Shown here: positions 45,599-55,177 of the stretch, one piece after another
Numbering within the stretch: the first letter of the stretch is position 1
Layout of the letters: each line of letters begins with the position of its first letter
Assembly: GCA_963832675.1 (NCBI GenBank)
Contig: CAWHUY010000012.1
Coordinates: 16,857-80,856, forward strand
Direction: 5' to 3'
DNA: 64,000 nucleotides
Origin: an uncultured Spirochaetota bacterium
GTDB taxonomy: Bacteria; Spirochaetota; Spirochaetia; DSM-27196; DATKUC01
The notes under the pieces: generated by a model
What the model was told of the DNA's origin: nothing
Databases searched by the model: none
The model's input: the letters and a program-made list of their open reading frames with translations, nothing else
Position numbers and translations under genes: made by a program

Positions 45599-47104
45599 CT
45601 ACCGGCCGCCAACCTGCCGCACAAGGTCAGCAAACCGACTGCGCAACTCAAGAGCAGCGGCGGACGTGCGCGGGTCCGGTTCAAACAGCATTGAAGTTTC
45701 AACCATGTTCCCGGCCGCTTCGGCCAGACTTGCGTACCGACCGGTGGCAACTGCCTGGAGCATTGCCGTTCCAAGCGCGGAGGCCTCAGGACACTTCATG
45801 CGTCTGATTGGTCTGCCGATGACATCGGCTTTGATCTGGCACCAGAGATCACTTCGCGCGCCTCCGCCAAGCGACCGCACCTCTTCGTAGTCGGTCCCCA
45901 GCTCTTCCATGTCGGAGAGGACCATCCGCATGACCAGGGAAAGCCCCTCGAGCAGCGCACGCACGAGGTGTCCGCGTGTGTGACTGAGAGTGAGACCGCT
46001 GAATAGACCGCGGAGGGCCGGATCGAGCCGAAGGGTCCCCGGCCCCGCCATGAAGGGCAAGAAAAGGAGTCCGTCGCTCCCGGTCGCAATCTCTGCAGCA
46101 AGCCGTATCAGCGAGTCGTACGGATCCTGATCCAGTCTGCGTGCCTGGTCCCTCACATCCGGAAAAAGCGTGTCCCGGAGCCACTTGAAACTGATTCCAC
46201 CGGCGGAGGTCCATCCCATTACCAGATACTCTCCGGGAACAGCATGGCACTGTAGAGCCATAGTAGCGATTCGTCCGGCGGGATACCCGCCCAGGGTTCC
46301 GGCGACGACCAGCGCCGCTCCGGTGGTTTCCGTCGCAATACCCGGCCCGATGCTTCCCGCACCGAGCATTGCCGCGGTCTGATCCATGGCTCCGGTAACG
46401 GCAACGCAGTCCGGTCCAAGGCCAATCGCCTCCCGCGCATCGGCTCTGACTCGCCCCACCACTCTTCCCGACTCCGATAGAGGCGAGAGCCATTCGACGG
46501 GAATTCCGGCCGCGTCGAGCATGCCGCGCCACCATCGTTTGTGCCGAATATCCAGCATGTAGGAGGAGGTATAGAGGGAGTATTCGCCACAGAACTCACC
46601 AGTCAGCCGGTGAAGAATGAAGTCTTCGACCAGAAGAAGTCTCGATGTGCGGGCCACAGTCTGCGGCTCGTGACGGTTGAGCCAGCGCACCTTGGATACC
46701 GGCCACGTCGCCGAAAGTTCTATCTGGCCGGTCGGATTCTCGTTGCCAAAAATCCCGGCGAGCTCGGCAGCCTCTTCGGTGGCTCGGGTGTCGAGCCAGA
46801 CGATGGCATTTCGGACGGGGCGGGCATCCTCATCGAGGAGGATGATCGTTTCGCCCTGACTCGACACCCCGATGGAACGCACCGCCCTTCCGTCGATTCC
46901 AGCTCTGCTTATCGCCTCGCGAGCAGTTTCGACGCAGCATCGCCAGTAGACTTCAGGGTCAAGCTCGACAAAGTCCTTCGCCGGAGTTTCGAGCGCGTAT
47001 TCTTTGAGCGAGAGCGCGACGAGCGCACCCGATTCCACCGCAAAGAGGGCGGCCTTAACCGCGGTAGTTCCAACGTCAAGGGAAAGGTAGCACTCCATCG
47101 CCAA
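45599..47104 (-). CDS. FGGY-family carbohydrate kinase (xylulokinase/ribulokinase-like)
   Basis: N-terminal YLSLDVGTTAVKAALF and C-terminal LGGGARSDLWCQIKADVIG signatures. Confidence 0.85.
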   Translation of the reverse strand: MAMECYLSLDVGTTAVKAALFAVESGALVALSLKEYALETPAKDFVELDPEVYWRCCVETAREAISRAGIDGRAVRSIGVSSQGETIILLDEDARPVRNAIVWLDTRATEEAAELAGIFGNENPTGQIELSATWPVSKVRWLNRHEPQTVARTSRLLLVEDFILHRLTGEFCGEYSLYTSSYMLDIRHKRWWRGMLDAAGIPVEWLSPLSESGRVVGRVRADAREAIGLGPDCVAVTGAMDQTAAMLGAGSIGPGIATETTGAALVVAGTLGGYPAGRIATMALQCHAVPGEYLVMGWTSAGGISFKWLRDTLFPDVRDQARRLDQDPYDSLIRLAAEIATGSDGLLFLPFMAGPGTLRLDPALRGLFSGLTLSHTRGHLVRALLEGLSLVMRMVLSDMEELGTDYEEVRSLGGGARSDLWCQIKADVIGRPIRRMKCPEASALGTAMLQAVATGRYASLAEAAGNMVETSMLFEPDPRTSAAALELRSRFADLVRQVGGR

Positions 47105-47105
47105 G

Positions 47106-48458
47106 CTACGCGGTGTCCCGAACTATCCGAATTTTCAGGAGCTTGCAGACAAATGCGAGCTCCTGTGCGTAATCACCGAACACCGCGGCAAAATGTTGAG
47201 ATTGCACATGATCGAGAATCTGCCGTACCGGCACATCGGGGTAGAATTGAACGCTCGGCCACGAGGGAAGCGGAACGCCCATTTCGACCCATTGGGGTGC
47301 CGCTCTGCCCTCACCGGTTACCACGTGCATTCGGTAACCATCGGCGTCTTCCGAAAGACAGGCGAGGGTCAGCCGGCCGCTCTTCATGCGAGAGCAGTGG
47401 GCGAGCCCGTCGAGGATCACCGTGGACACGCTCTTTATCTGCGGCTTCCCGTCGATGAGCTGTTCCGGGATCATGCCGTCCACGCCCATGAGAATCCATT
47501 CAGGATGGTGCTCATAGTGCTCCAGGAATGTCGTTATCTTTCCCGAAACCCATTTGAGAATCAGCTCGGCGACCAGGTTCCCTACGTCGTTTTCATCTAC
47601 ATAGGGAATGCCTTCGGAGGCGACAAGCGATGAGGGCACACTGTGAACTGCGTTCATCTCCAGCGCGATTCCTTCGACGCACTTGTAGGAAAAAGCGGAG
47701 AAGTTCTTCTCGCGGCAAATGTCGACTGTGGCCATATACATGCGAATTGCCCGCTCGATAACGACGTCCTGCGGCCTGCCCAGCGGATATTCCCAATTGG
47801 CAGTTTTTTCCGCGACGGTCTTCCTGACCCGCTCATCGTCGAGTGACTCCATTCGTCGATCAAGCTGGAGCATGTCGACGCTCTCGACCTCGGGTCCGAT
47901 CCGGTCGCGAAGCAGAGTCACGTTGTAGCCGGTCGAGTAAAGCCCCATGTCATTGAATCCGATCATTCCGACCCGGGCATGCCTGAGCTTTTTCACGGTC
48001 TGCGCCGCACGCCCGAATTTCAGAATGGGATCCACGTCCATCGGCGAATCGGGTGGATTGAATAGGTAGATGAAGTTAAATCCCCATCGCTCCAGTGGGT
48101 ACCGGAGGGCTGTCGAGCCGGCACCTCCCGCGGGGGAAATGAGCGTGTCTCCTTCGGTGAATCCCCCGAAACTGTAGAGCACCATCGGTTCGTTTCTGAA
48201 CTCCATCAAAACGCGAATGACACCGCGGTAGTCTATCCAGTTGACAATGTTGGCTATAAGAAAGTCCCACGGTTTGCTTCTGAGCTCCCGAATGGCCCGT
48301 TCCACCTCGACGACCTCTCCGAAAACCGGGTCGGTCGCGACAAGCTCGATTCCCCCGTCCCGCAGCTGTGCTTCGGCCCTGCGGCTTATTGCTTTCAACC
48401 TCGCGGGCTCGTAGAACGACGTGCCGAATGAAACATACCCCGCCCTGACTGGCTCCAT
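47106..48458 (-). CDS. putative sugar isomerase of the L-fucose/L-arabinose isomerase family
   Basis: 450 aa. The size, N-terminal Rossmann-like layout and position directly upstream of an FGGY kinase fit COG2407-type isomerases. No sharp motif seen, so this is tentative. Confidence 0.45.
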   Translation of the reverse strand: MEPVRAGYVSFGTSFYEPARLKAISRRAEAQLRDGGIELVATDPVFGEVVEVERAIRELRSKPWDFLIANIVNWIDYRGVIRVLMEFRNEPMVLYSFGGFTEGDTLISPAGGAGSTALRYPLERWGFNFIYLFNPPDSPMDVDPILKFGRAAQTVKKLRHARVGMIGFNDMGLYSTGYNVTLLRDRIGPEVESVDMLQLDRRMESLDDERVRKTVAEKTANWEYPLGRPQDVVIERAIRMYMATVDICREKNFSAFSYKCVEGIALEMNAVHSVPSSLVASEGIPYVDENDVGNLVAELILKWVSGKITTFLEHYEHHPEWILMGVDGMIPEQLIDGKPQIKSVSTVILDGLAHCSRMKSGRLTLACLSEDADGYRMHVVTGEGRAAPQWVEMGVPLPSWPSVQFYPDVPVRQILDHVQSQHFAAVFGDYAQELAFVCKLLKIRIVRDTA

Positions 48459-48471
48459 ATTTCCTCCGATC

Positions 48472-49962
48472 CTATAGTGCGCGCAGCGACATGTCCATGC
48501 GGTCGATCAGGAAATCGACCATTTCCGGCGTCGCGATTAGCGGAAGTTTCGTCAGCGCCGCCGGAGGCGCTTTCACTTTGTACGCCTGCGAGCTGATGTC
48601 TATGCATGCGTCGTTCAATGCCCGCACGAACCGCGTCACCGCCTCTTCGTCATGAAAATAGATCGAGGAGAGATGGCGGAGCCCTTCGATTCGATCGATA
48701 TGTTGCGGGTAACGCGCCGCCAGGCGCTCGAGTTCGGCGTGATAGTATTCACCGAGTTCCCCGATATAGGGGCCGTTTTCCTGGACGAAGCTCATCGTCA
48801 CCAGATAGTAGAGAGAGGCGAGCTCTTCCTGTCCGTTCGTTACCAATGCGCCGAACTGATTCAGGTTGTCCATCGGAGCCGTCGTTATGATTCTCGACGC
48901 GGGGGTGTGCCCGCCGGGGAAACCCTTTCCAACCGAAACGAAATCCGGCGTGAGGCCGTACTCGCGAAACAGAAAGAGCTCCGGCGACCACATGCAGGAC
49001 TGAATTTCATCCACGATCACCGGTATGTCGTGCTCGTGGCAGATGTCGTAGGCTGTCTGCAAAAACTCCTTCGACAACAGCACTGCCCCGTAATTCATCA
49101 AAACGATCTCATGAAAGAAACCTGCGACCTTGTATCTGCCGACATCGTACTCTTCGACCACCGCGCGAAAGGAATCGGCGTCGTTGATCCCGACCGGACG
49201 AACCAGGAAGATCTCTGCGGCCTCCATCTTTCCCCGAAGAAGCGGCCACAACCCTCTCATCATTTGCGTGAGGATTGTAGTTCCGTGGTAGTTGGCGTCG
49301 ATTCCTCCGTTGAAGTCTCCCACGACCAGAAAGACCGGGATTTTTCCGTCGTACGGAGGTGTCTCCCGGGCATCGTCGAGCCTGAAAAACCGCGCAAGCA
49401 TCATCTTGAGAGCCGCCTCCACCGCGAGACTTCCAGTCTCCAGATTGATGACGCGGTTGAGAACGTGCGGCGAGGTGTCGCCGAGAATGCGATCGAGTCC
49501 GGCGGTGTCCTCTTTCGGGACACCGGAAGCGCAGCGTATCAGCTCCCGTTCGAGTGTGCGCGTGACGTGGCCCCGGGTGTTGTTGTGCGTGACGTTGGAA
49601 ATGCCGAGTGAACGGGCGATTTCTACAAGCTCATATCCGGGAAACTCGTGACCGAGCGATGCGTGATAGTGCTCACTTTTGGAAACGAGATAGAGCCGCC
49701 CATCCTCTCCGACGCGCGTGAAGCCAAAACCTCCGATCGGCGCCGCGGCCGTCCTGGTTGCCGCATCGAATGACCTGGTTCCGGCGCCGCGCGCAGAATT
49801 CCCCATCGCCGGGGACACTCGTGCGCCGACCTCGCCAACCAGTGCGTTGCAGCGGTCGAGGAAGGCCGTCGGGGCGAAATCGATCTTCGTGGCAGCCCGA
49901 GCAGTGAGGTAAGCGGGATCGGTACCGGTGAGAAATGCGCGCGCCGCGCACACGGCGGCCAT
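48472..49962 (-). CDS. class III PLP-dependent aminotransferase
   Basis: DEIQSCMWSPELFLFREYGLTPDFVSVGKGFPGG (PLP-Lys in SVGKG). Start is uncertain (ATG at 50085, 49962 or 49806). Confidence 0.75.
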   Translation of the reverse strand: MAAVCAARAFLTGTDPAYLTARAATKIDFAPTAFLDRCNALVGEVGARVSPAMGNSARGAGTRSFDAATRTAAAPIGGFGFTRVGEDGRLYLVSKSEHYHASLGHEFPGYELVEIARSLGISNVTHNNTRGHVTRTLERELIRCASGVPKEDTAGLDRILGDTSPHVLNRVINLETGSLAVEAALKMMLARFFRLDDARETPPYDGKIPVFLVVGDFNGGIDANYHGTTILTQMMRGLWPLLRGKMEAAEIFLVRPVGINDADSFRAVVEEYDVGRYKVAGFFHEIVLMNYGAVLLSKEFLQTAYDICHEHDIPVIVDEIQSCMWSPELFLFREYGLTPDFVSVGKGFPGGHTPASRIITTAPMDNLNQFGALVTNGQEELASLYYLVTMSFVQENGPYIGELGEYYHAELERLAARYPQHIDRIEGLRHLSSIYFHDEEAVTRFVRALNDACIDISSQAYKVKAPPAALTKLPLIATPEMVDFLIDRMDMSLRAL

Positions 49963-50171
49963 ATACTCTTCGCCGACGAGATCCGAAAGACTTCGACGTA
50001 CGGAATGAAGATGGCTGGAAGTGCCGATCCTATTTCGCCCTGGACTGATGCTCACAGACGTCACCTCACGCGATGGCCGTTTCATCTGACTGCGAAGGTC
50101 ATGCTATTCCGCGAAAACGTCCATGTCAAGCAGAAAGTGCTCATTTCGATCACTTTCAATGATTACCGGCA

Positions 50172-50954
50172 TCATGGCGCAGCGCCCCAAAACCTGACCC
50201 CGGCATCGGAGTATTTCTTGCGAACCGCCGGAGAGATCTCATCATCGGTTATCACCCCGTCGACTTCGTCCAGGCCGGCAAACTCGACAAACGAGGTACG
50301 ATCGAACTTCTCCGAATCAACAAGAATAAATGACGACTCCGAGCGCTGCATGATCAGCTCCTGCATACGGGAAGTGCGTTCGTCGGTGGTGGTGAATCCG
50401 GCATCGACGCTGACTGCGTCCGCGCCGAAGAACGCCTTTTCGACGTGGAACGTCTGGATGATTTTCTCGGCAAGCGAACCGCACACATCTCGTCTCTCCA
50501 CGCGGACCTCCCCACCGATCAGAATGACCTTGCACCAGCTCGCGAGGGTGTCGATATGCGTAAAAGAGTTCGTCAGGACGATCAGATTTTTCAGTTTGCC
50601 GGTCTGGAGCCGCACCGAGAGTGCTTCTGCGAGTTTCAACACCGTTGTTCCTGAGTCGAGAAACAGCCGATCGTTGTCTTCGACCAGGGTCGCCGCTATG
50701 TTACCGATGAGTGTCTTTTGCAGGCTCCGATGAGCCGCCGATACGCGGTAGGAATAGTCATGGGTTATCTGCGGCGAAAGCTGAACGCCTCCGTGAACGC
50801 GGATGACTTTTCGCTCCCGTTCTGCCTGGGCGAAGAGACGGCGAACCGTGGCCTCGGAGATGGCGAGTTCACCCGCGACGCTGCTCACGTCGACCCGCTG
50901 CCGATGCTGGAGCATTTCCACAAGCCTGATGATTCGGACGTCGGTCTTTGTCAT
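50172..50954 (-). CDS. DeoR-family transcriptional regulator
   Basis: ATG at 50954 with GGGAGG upstream. HTH VSSVAGELAISEATVRRLF, plus a DeoR C-terminal sugar-phosphate sensor domain. Confidence 0.85.
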   Translation of the reverse strand: MTKTDVRIIRLVEMLQHRQRVDVSSVAGELAISEATVRRLFAQAERERKVIRVHGGVQLSPQITHDYSYRVSAAHRSLQKTLIGNIAATLVEDNDRLFLDSGTTVLKLAEALSVRLQTGKLKNLIVLTNSFTHIDTLASWCKVILIGGEVRVERRDVCGSLAEKIIQTFHVEKAFFGADAVSVDAGFTTTDERTSRMQELIMQRSESSFILVDSEKFDRTSFVEFAGLDEVDGVITDDEISPAVRKKYSDAGVRFWGAAP

Positions 50955-51089
50955 TGTCTGCCTCCCGCTGCTCCCAGACGCTGCCCACATTGTAGTTCAA
51001 GCCGACGGGCTCGTGCAACAAAGGCGGAGATACGAGCCGGCGCACTCGTGCAAACATTTGACGATTTTGTGCAGAATCGGCGCAATTTC

Positions 51090-51117
51090 TTGACATTTCA
51101 ATCATTACAACTATAAT
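51090..51117 (+). promoter_or_regulatory. consensus sigma70 promoter abutting the M24 gene start
   Basis: TTGACA-N16-TATAAT read directly. The -10 ends 1 nt before the ATG at 51119. Confidence 0.5.
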
Positions 51118-51118
51118 C

Positions 51119-52234
51119 ATGATTACTGTGACGAAACTGGACGAGGTCCGGAATAAGTTGACGCGTGTTCGGCACTTCATGAACCAGCACGGGTACGACG
51201 CAACGATCTTTCTCCAGGAGCCGAACTTCGCGTGGCTCACCTGCGGCGGCTCCGACGCTATAGAGCACACCAATGAGATGGGAAAAGCCTTCGGCAATAT
51301 TCTCATCACGCGGGAGCGGGCCTACGTTCTTGCCAACAACATCGAAATGCCGCGGATCCTTGCGGAAGAGGTTCCCTCCCGGATTTTTGAACCGATCCGA
51401 TATGCTTGGCTCGATCAGCAGGCGGAGTCGGTTGTCCGCTCGATCGTCGGCTCAGGAACGCTTGCAAGCGACACGCCGATGGAGGGCGCGACCCACGAGC
51501 GACTCCGGCTGTCACAGCTGCGAACACCACTGGTGGAAACTGAGCTTTCGCGTTTTCGCGCGCTTTGCCGACTGACGGCGGACGCAATGCGGGACGCAGT
51601 CAAAAAAATAGTCCCCGGCATGAGTGAGATCGATATTGGTGCGATTGCCGGATACGAAATTCTGCGTCGCGGCGCGTTCCCTGCCCTGGTGCTCGTCGGA
51701 ACAGATGAGCGGGTTTTCTCGTTCAGACATCCGGTCCCGACGGAAAAGAAGCTGACCGCCTACTGCATGGTCGTAGTCTGCGCACAGAAATGGGGCCTTG
51801 TGTCGAGCATGTCGCGCCTCGTTCACTTTGGCCCGCTCCCCCGGGAAATCGCCAGCAAGCATCGAGCGGTGCAGGAAATTGACACCGCGGTCGCCGACGC
51901 GACCCGCGCGGGAGCGTCGTTGGCGCAGGTATTCGCCGCGGCCAGGAGCGCATACAGGTCGGCCGGTTATCCCGGCGAGGAGGTCCGCCACTTCCAGGGA
52001 GGCACCTGCGGGTACTACACGCGGGAACAGGATCTCACACCCGACTCCCCGTACATCATCCACGACACGGAAGTTTTCGCGCATAACCCGTCGATCACCG
52101 GAGTGAAAAGCGAGGATACGATTCTCCTCGACAAGGGAACCTATTCGATTCTCACTGAAATCCCCGACTGGCCCGCGAACGAGGTGACCCGCGGAAATCT
52201 TACCCTGAGGAGGCCCGGAATCCTCGTCCTGTAG
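51119..52234 (+). CDS. M24-family metallopeptidase / creatinase-prolidase fold
   Basis: Creatinase-like N-domain (RNKLTRVRHFMNQHGYDATIFL) and a pita-bread C-domain. The start is uncertain because of the promoter position. Confidence 0.65.
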   Translation: MITVTKLDEVRNKLTRVRHFMNQHGYDATIFLQEPNFAWLTCGGSDAIEHTNEMGKAFGNILITRERAYVLANNIEMPRILAEEVPSRIFEPIRYAWLDQQAESVVRSIVGSGTLASDTPMEGATHERLRLSQLRTPLVETELSRFRALCRLTADAMRDAVKKIVPGMSEIDIGAIAGYEILRRGAFPALVLVGTDERVFSFRHPVPTEKKLTAYCMVVVCAQKWGLVSSMSRLVHFGPLPREIASKHRAVQEIDTAVADATRAGASLAQVFAAARSAYRSAGYPGEEVRHFQGGTCGYYTREQDLTPDSPYIIHDTEVFAHNPSITGVKSEDTILLDKGTYSILTEIPDWPANEVTRGNLTLRRPGILVL

Positions 52235-52247
52235 CGCTCCGCTCTGC

Positions 52248-53765
52248 CTATTCGATCCGAATTGCGCCGAAACGCTTCTCGAGAGTCTCGACGGCGCGCA
52301 GAGATACCGCCCTTCCAATTGCCTCTTCGCCGGATGTGAAAAACGCGCGGATGACGGCCCGTTCATTGGTGGAAGCGCGTAGATAGCCGCTGTACCAGCC
52401 CCTGTCGAGTCTGACCCGCCCGGGGGTAAGATCGACGCCCCGGCTTACCTGAACACCTCCCAGCTCTACTCCATCTGTGGTCGCGGTCACCGACGCCGCA
52501 CCCTCTGCGCGGCACGCGGCGACAAGCTCCATCATAGCCGCCTCAACGGCCGCGTCACTCTCGAGCCGGTAGTTGAGCTCTCCGGTGGAAAAGATCTTTG
52601 ATTCGCCGACCCACATCTCATCGAGAAGCGTTTCGTTCGATTTCAAGGCGTTCAGAAAACGAAGGGCGGTGACAATCGAGTTTTCCGCGTTGATCCGGAC
52701 TCCGCCGAGCTCGAGTCGATGGTAGTAGTGGCCCGACTCCTCGGCCGCAAAATGCGCACCGATTCTATGCATGTAGTCCTTGATCTGCGAATGGCCGTTG
52801 CGGAAAAGCACCGGCGCGATCGGGAATCTTCCCCACATTTCCAGTGCAACCGGATTAACCTTCGGGTCAAAGAGCACAGGTACCGCGTGGCCTCCCGACC
52901 CCGTGAGGCGCTCCCCGTACAGGATCGCGACGGCAGAAAACCCCGCGCTCAGAATCCCGCGGCTGTCGCCGAAGACCAACCGGTCTCCATCGCCGTCGAC
53001 TCCGATCACGACTGCCGGTGCGGCGCCGGCGTGCGAAGGAAGCCGCGCGGCCCTCCCTACGGCGTCGTCCATCTTCCCGTGGCTGGTGGGATTCGGTGCA
53101 CCGAGCGGAAAATTGCCGTCCGGCAGCAGGTGCATTGGATGGACCTCTACGCCGGCGCGGTCAAGGGCCTGAAACATCTCACTGCCGGCTGAACCATTCA
53201 TCGCATCAAACACGACTCGCAAACCCGACAGCTCGCCATCCGCCGTGTGCGCTGCGTGAAGAGAGTATTCTACGTATTCCGAGGTGACGTCCACAACGTG
53301 AAGGGAACCGCCGGTCGAGGGTGACAACCGCTCGCTTCCGTGATAGATCTGCCGGACCCGCGAAAGCCCACCCTCCGGACCGGAGTCAAGACCGACCGCG
53401 CGGACCGCGGGTACGGTGAACTTGGTTCCAATGTCACGCCCGGGATTGTGTGACGCCGTGATCGAAAGACCGATTGTCGGCCCGTACCGTTGCGTCGTCC
53501 GATGAGCGAGATAGTAGCTTTGCGGCGTGCTGACAGGATCAACGCATGCAAACGTTCGAAACCCGCCGTCCATGGCAGCCTGGATCGCAAGCTCCATCAC
53601 CGTCGCAGCGCCCAGGCGCGCATCCCGGCTTATCGTGACATTTTCCGCACCGAGCGACCTGCCGTAGATGAGCGCGGCTTCGAACAGGCGGTAAACTTCC
53701 CTGCTGTCAAACTCCCCGTTTTCCCAACGGGCGTCATATACCTTGATGGGATCACGCACCGGCAT
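52248..53765 (-). CDS. phosphohexomutase (phosphoglucomutase/phosphomannomutase family)
   Basis: Active-site Ser loop SITASHNPG and Mg loop GVDGDGDRLVF. Confidence 0.85.
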   Translation of the reverse strand: MPVRDPIKVYDARWENGEFDSREVYRLFEAALIYGRSLGAENVTISRDARLGAATVMELAIQAAMDGGFRTFACVDPVSTPQSYYLAHRTTQRYGPTIGLSITASHNPGRDIGTKFTVPAVRAVGLDSGPEGGLSRVRQIYHGSERLSPSTGGSLHVVDVTSEYVEYSLHAAHTADGELSGLRVVFDAMNGSAGSEMFQALDRAGVEVHPMHLLPDGNFPLGAPNPTSHGKMDDAVGRAARLPSHAGAAPAVVIGVDGDGDRLVFGDSRGILSAGFSAVAILYGERLTGSGGHAVPVLFDPKVNPVALEMWGRFPIAPVLFRNGHSQIKDYMHRIGAHFAAEESGHYYHRLELGGVRINAENSIVTALRFLNALKSNETLLDEMWVGESKIFSTGELNYRLESDAAVEAAMMELVAACRAEGAASVTATTDGVELGGVQVSRGVDLTPGRVRLDRGWYSGYLRASTNERAVIRAFFTSGEEAIGRAVSLRAVETLEKRFGAIRIE

Positions 53766-53969
53766 TTCATTCTCCTGTGGACCAAAACGGCTTGTATGCT
53801 GCTTCTATTTGATTGAATCGATCATATCCAAAGTTTCCCGGCGAATATTAGAACGCTGAATTGAACATGTCAAGCAAAACGCTCAGCTTAACTTCGGTTC
53901 TTTGCAGAACGACCGATCATTGCCGATATTGAGCACATAGGGTAACTTCGGTTAACGGGGGGGAACGAC

Positions 53970-55127
53970 ATGCAGCATGTCTGGAATTCGTTCGTACAAT
54001 TTCTCACCGTGTCTGTCCATGTCGGAAAGTCTGCGCTCCCCTTCTCACTACTGGATATCTTTCTGAAGCTCGTTCTTCCCATTCTGGTGTATCAGATCGT
54101 CTGGCGACTGCTTTCGCGCCCGGCTTTGCGCTTTGTCGCGCGGCTTTCCGTATCGCGAGGTGCACGGCACCGAATTCATCGCTGGATTCGGATCATCGTC
54201 CGGATTCTTTTCGTGCTGCTCGCGCTCACCCTGGCGGCGACAATCCTCGGCGCCGGAATGAAAGAATTTCTCACTGCGGCGCTGCGGTTGTTGAATCAGC
54301 CGATATACAGCTCCGGCAACACGCGCATCAGCCTTCTCACGCTCGTACTCTCGATACCGGTGATATATGTCTCTTCCTGGCTTTCAAAGATCGTCCGGCG
54401 GCGCATCGACCACAATTTGCTTTCCCGCATTTCGATGGATCATGCGCGACGGTTTACAGCCTCGAACCTGTTGCGATACGCATTTCTCGTTATTTTTATG
54501 CTGATCGGCTTGTCGATAATTGGCATCGACTTTTCATCGCTGCTGGTCATCTTCGGCGTGCTCGGCATCGGCATAGGTTTCGGCCTCCAGAATATCATCG
54601 CAAATTTCGTTTCCGGGCTCGTCATCTTCGTGTCACGACCCATCAAGGTCGGCGATCGCATACTCGTAAACGAGCACGAGGGCGATGTCGTCCAGATACG
54701 ATTGATCGCATCCGTGATCAATACACTCACAAATGAGACGCTCATAATCCCGAACTCCCAGATCGTGAACAATGCGGTTCACAACTACTCGTATGAAGAC
54801 CGACGAATCATCATAGTGAACGAGGTTCAGGTCTCCTACGGATCGGACCTGGACCAGGTGGAGCGTGTCCTGTCCGCGGTCGGGGCCCGCAACCCGTACA
54901 GGATCGTCGAACGGCCGAGTACCGTCCTCGTGCGCTCGTTCGACGATTCCGGAATTACGGTTGAACTGCGGACGTGGATCGCAGCGGCTCCGGACAAGAT
55001 GAAGGCCCGGTCCTGGGCAAATCTCGAAATCTGGCGCGCCTTCAAGAAAAGCGGAATTGAGATCCCTTTCCCACAGCTGGACCTGCACGTCAAAAACGGA
55101 CCGATCCGGCCCCCCGAGGGGAAGTAG
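53970..55127 (+). CDS. small-conductance mechanosensitive channel (MscS family)
   Basis: GVLGIGIGFGLQNIIANFVSGLVIFVSRPIKVGDRI is the pore-helix/beta-domain signature. Confidence 0.85.
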   Translation: MQHVWNSFVQFLTVSVHVGKSALPFSLLDIFLKLVLPILVYQIVWRLLSRPALRFVARLSVSRGARHRIHRWIRIIVRILFVLLALTLAATILGAGMKEFLTAALRLLNQPIYSSGNTRISLLTLVLSIPVIYVSSWLSKIVRRRIDHNLLSRISMDHARRFTASNLLRYAFLVIFMLIGLSIIGIDFSSLLVIFGVLGIGIGFGLQNIIANFVSGLVIFVSRPIKVGDRILVNEHEGDVVQIRLIASVINTLTNETLIIPNSQIVNNAVHNYSYEDRRIIIVNEVQVSYGSDLDQVERVLSAVGARNPYRIVERPSTVLVRSFDDSGITVELRTWIAAAPDKMKARSWANLEIWRAFKKSGIEIPFPQLDLHVKNGPIRPPEGK

Positions 55128-55130
55128 CAC

Positions 55131-55160
55131 TTTCCACGGGAAAAAGGGTTATCTTATAAT
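55131..55160 (+). promoter_or_regulatory. sigma70-type promoter of the 55178 membrane-protein gene
   Basis: TTTCCA-N18-TATAAT, followed by GGGAGG 5 nt before the ATG at 55178. Confidence 0.4.
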
Positions 55161-55177
55161 GAAACAGGGAGGAACAA

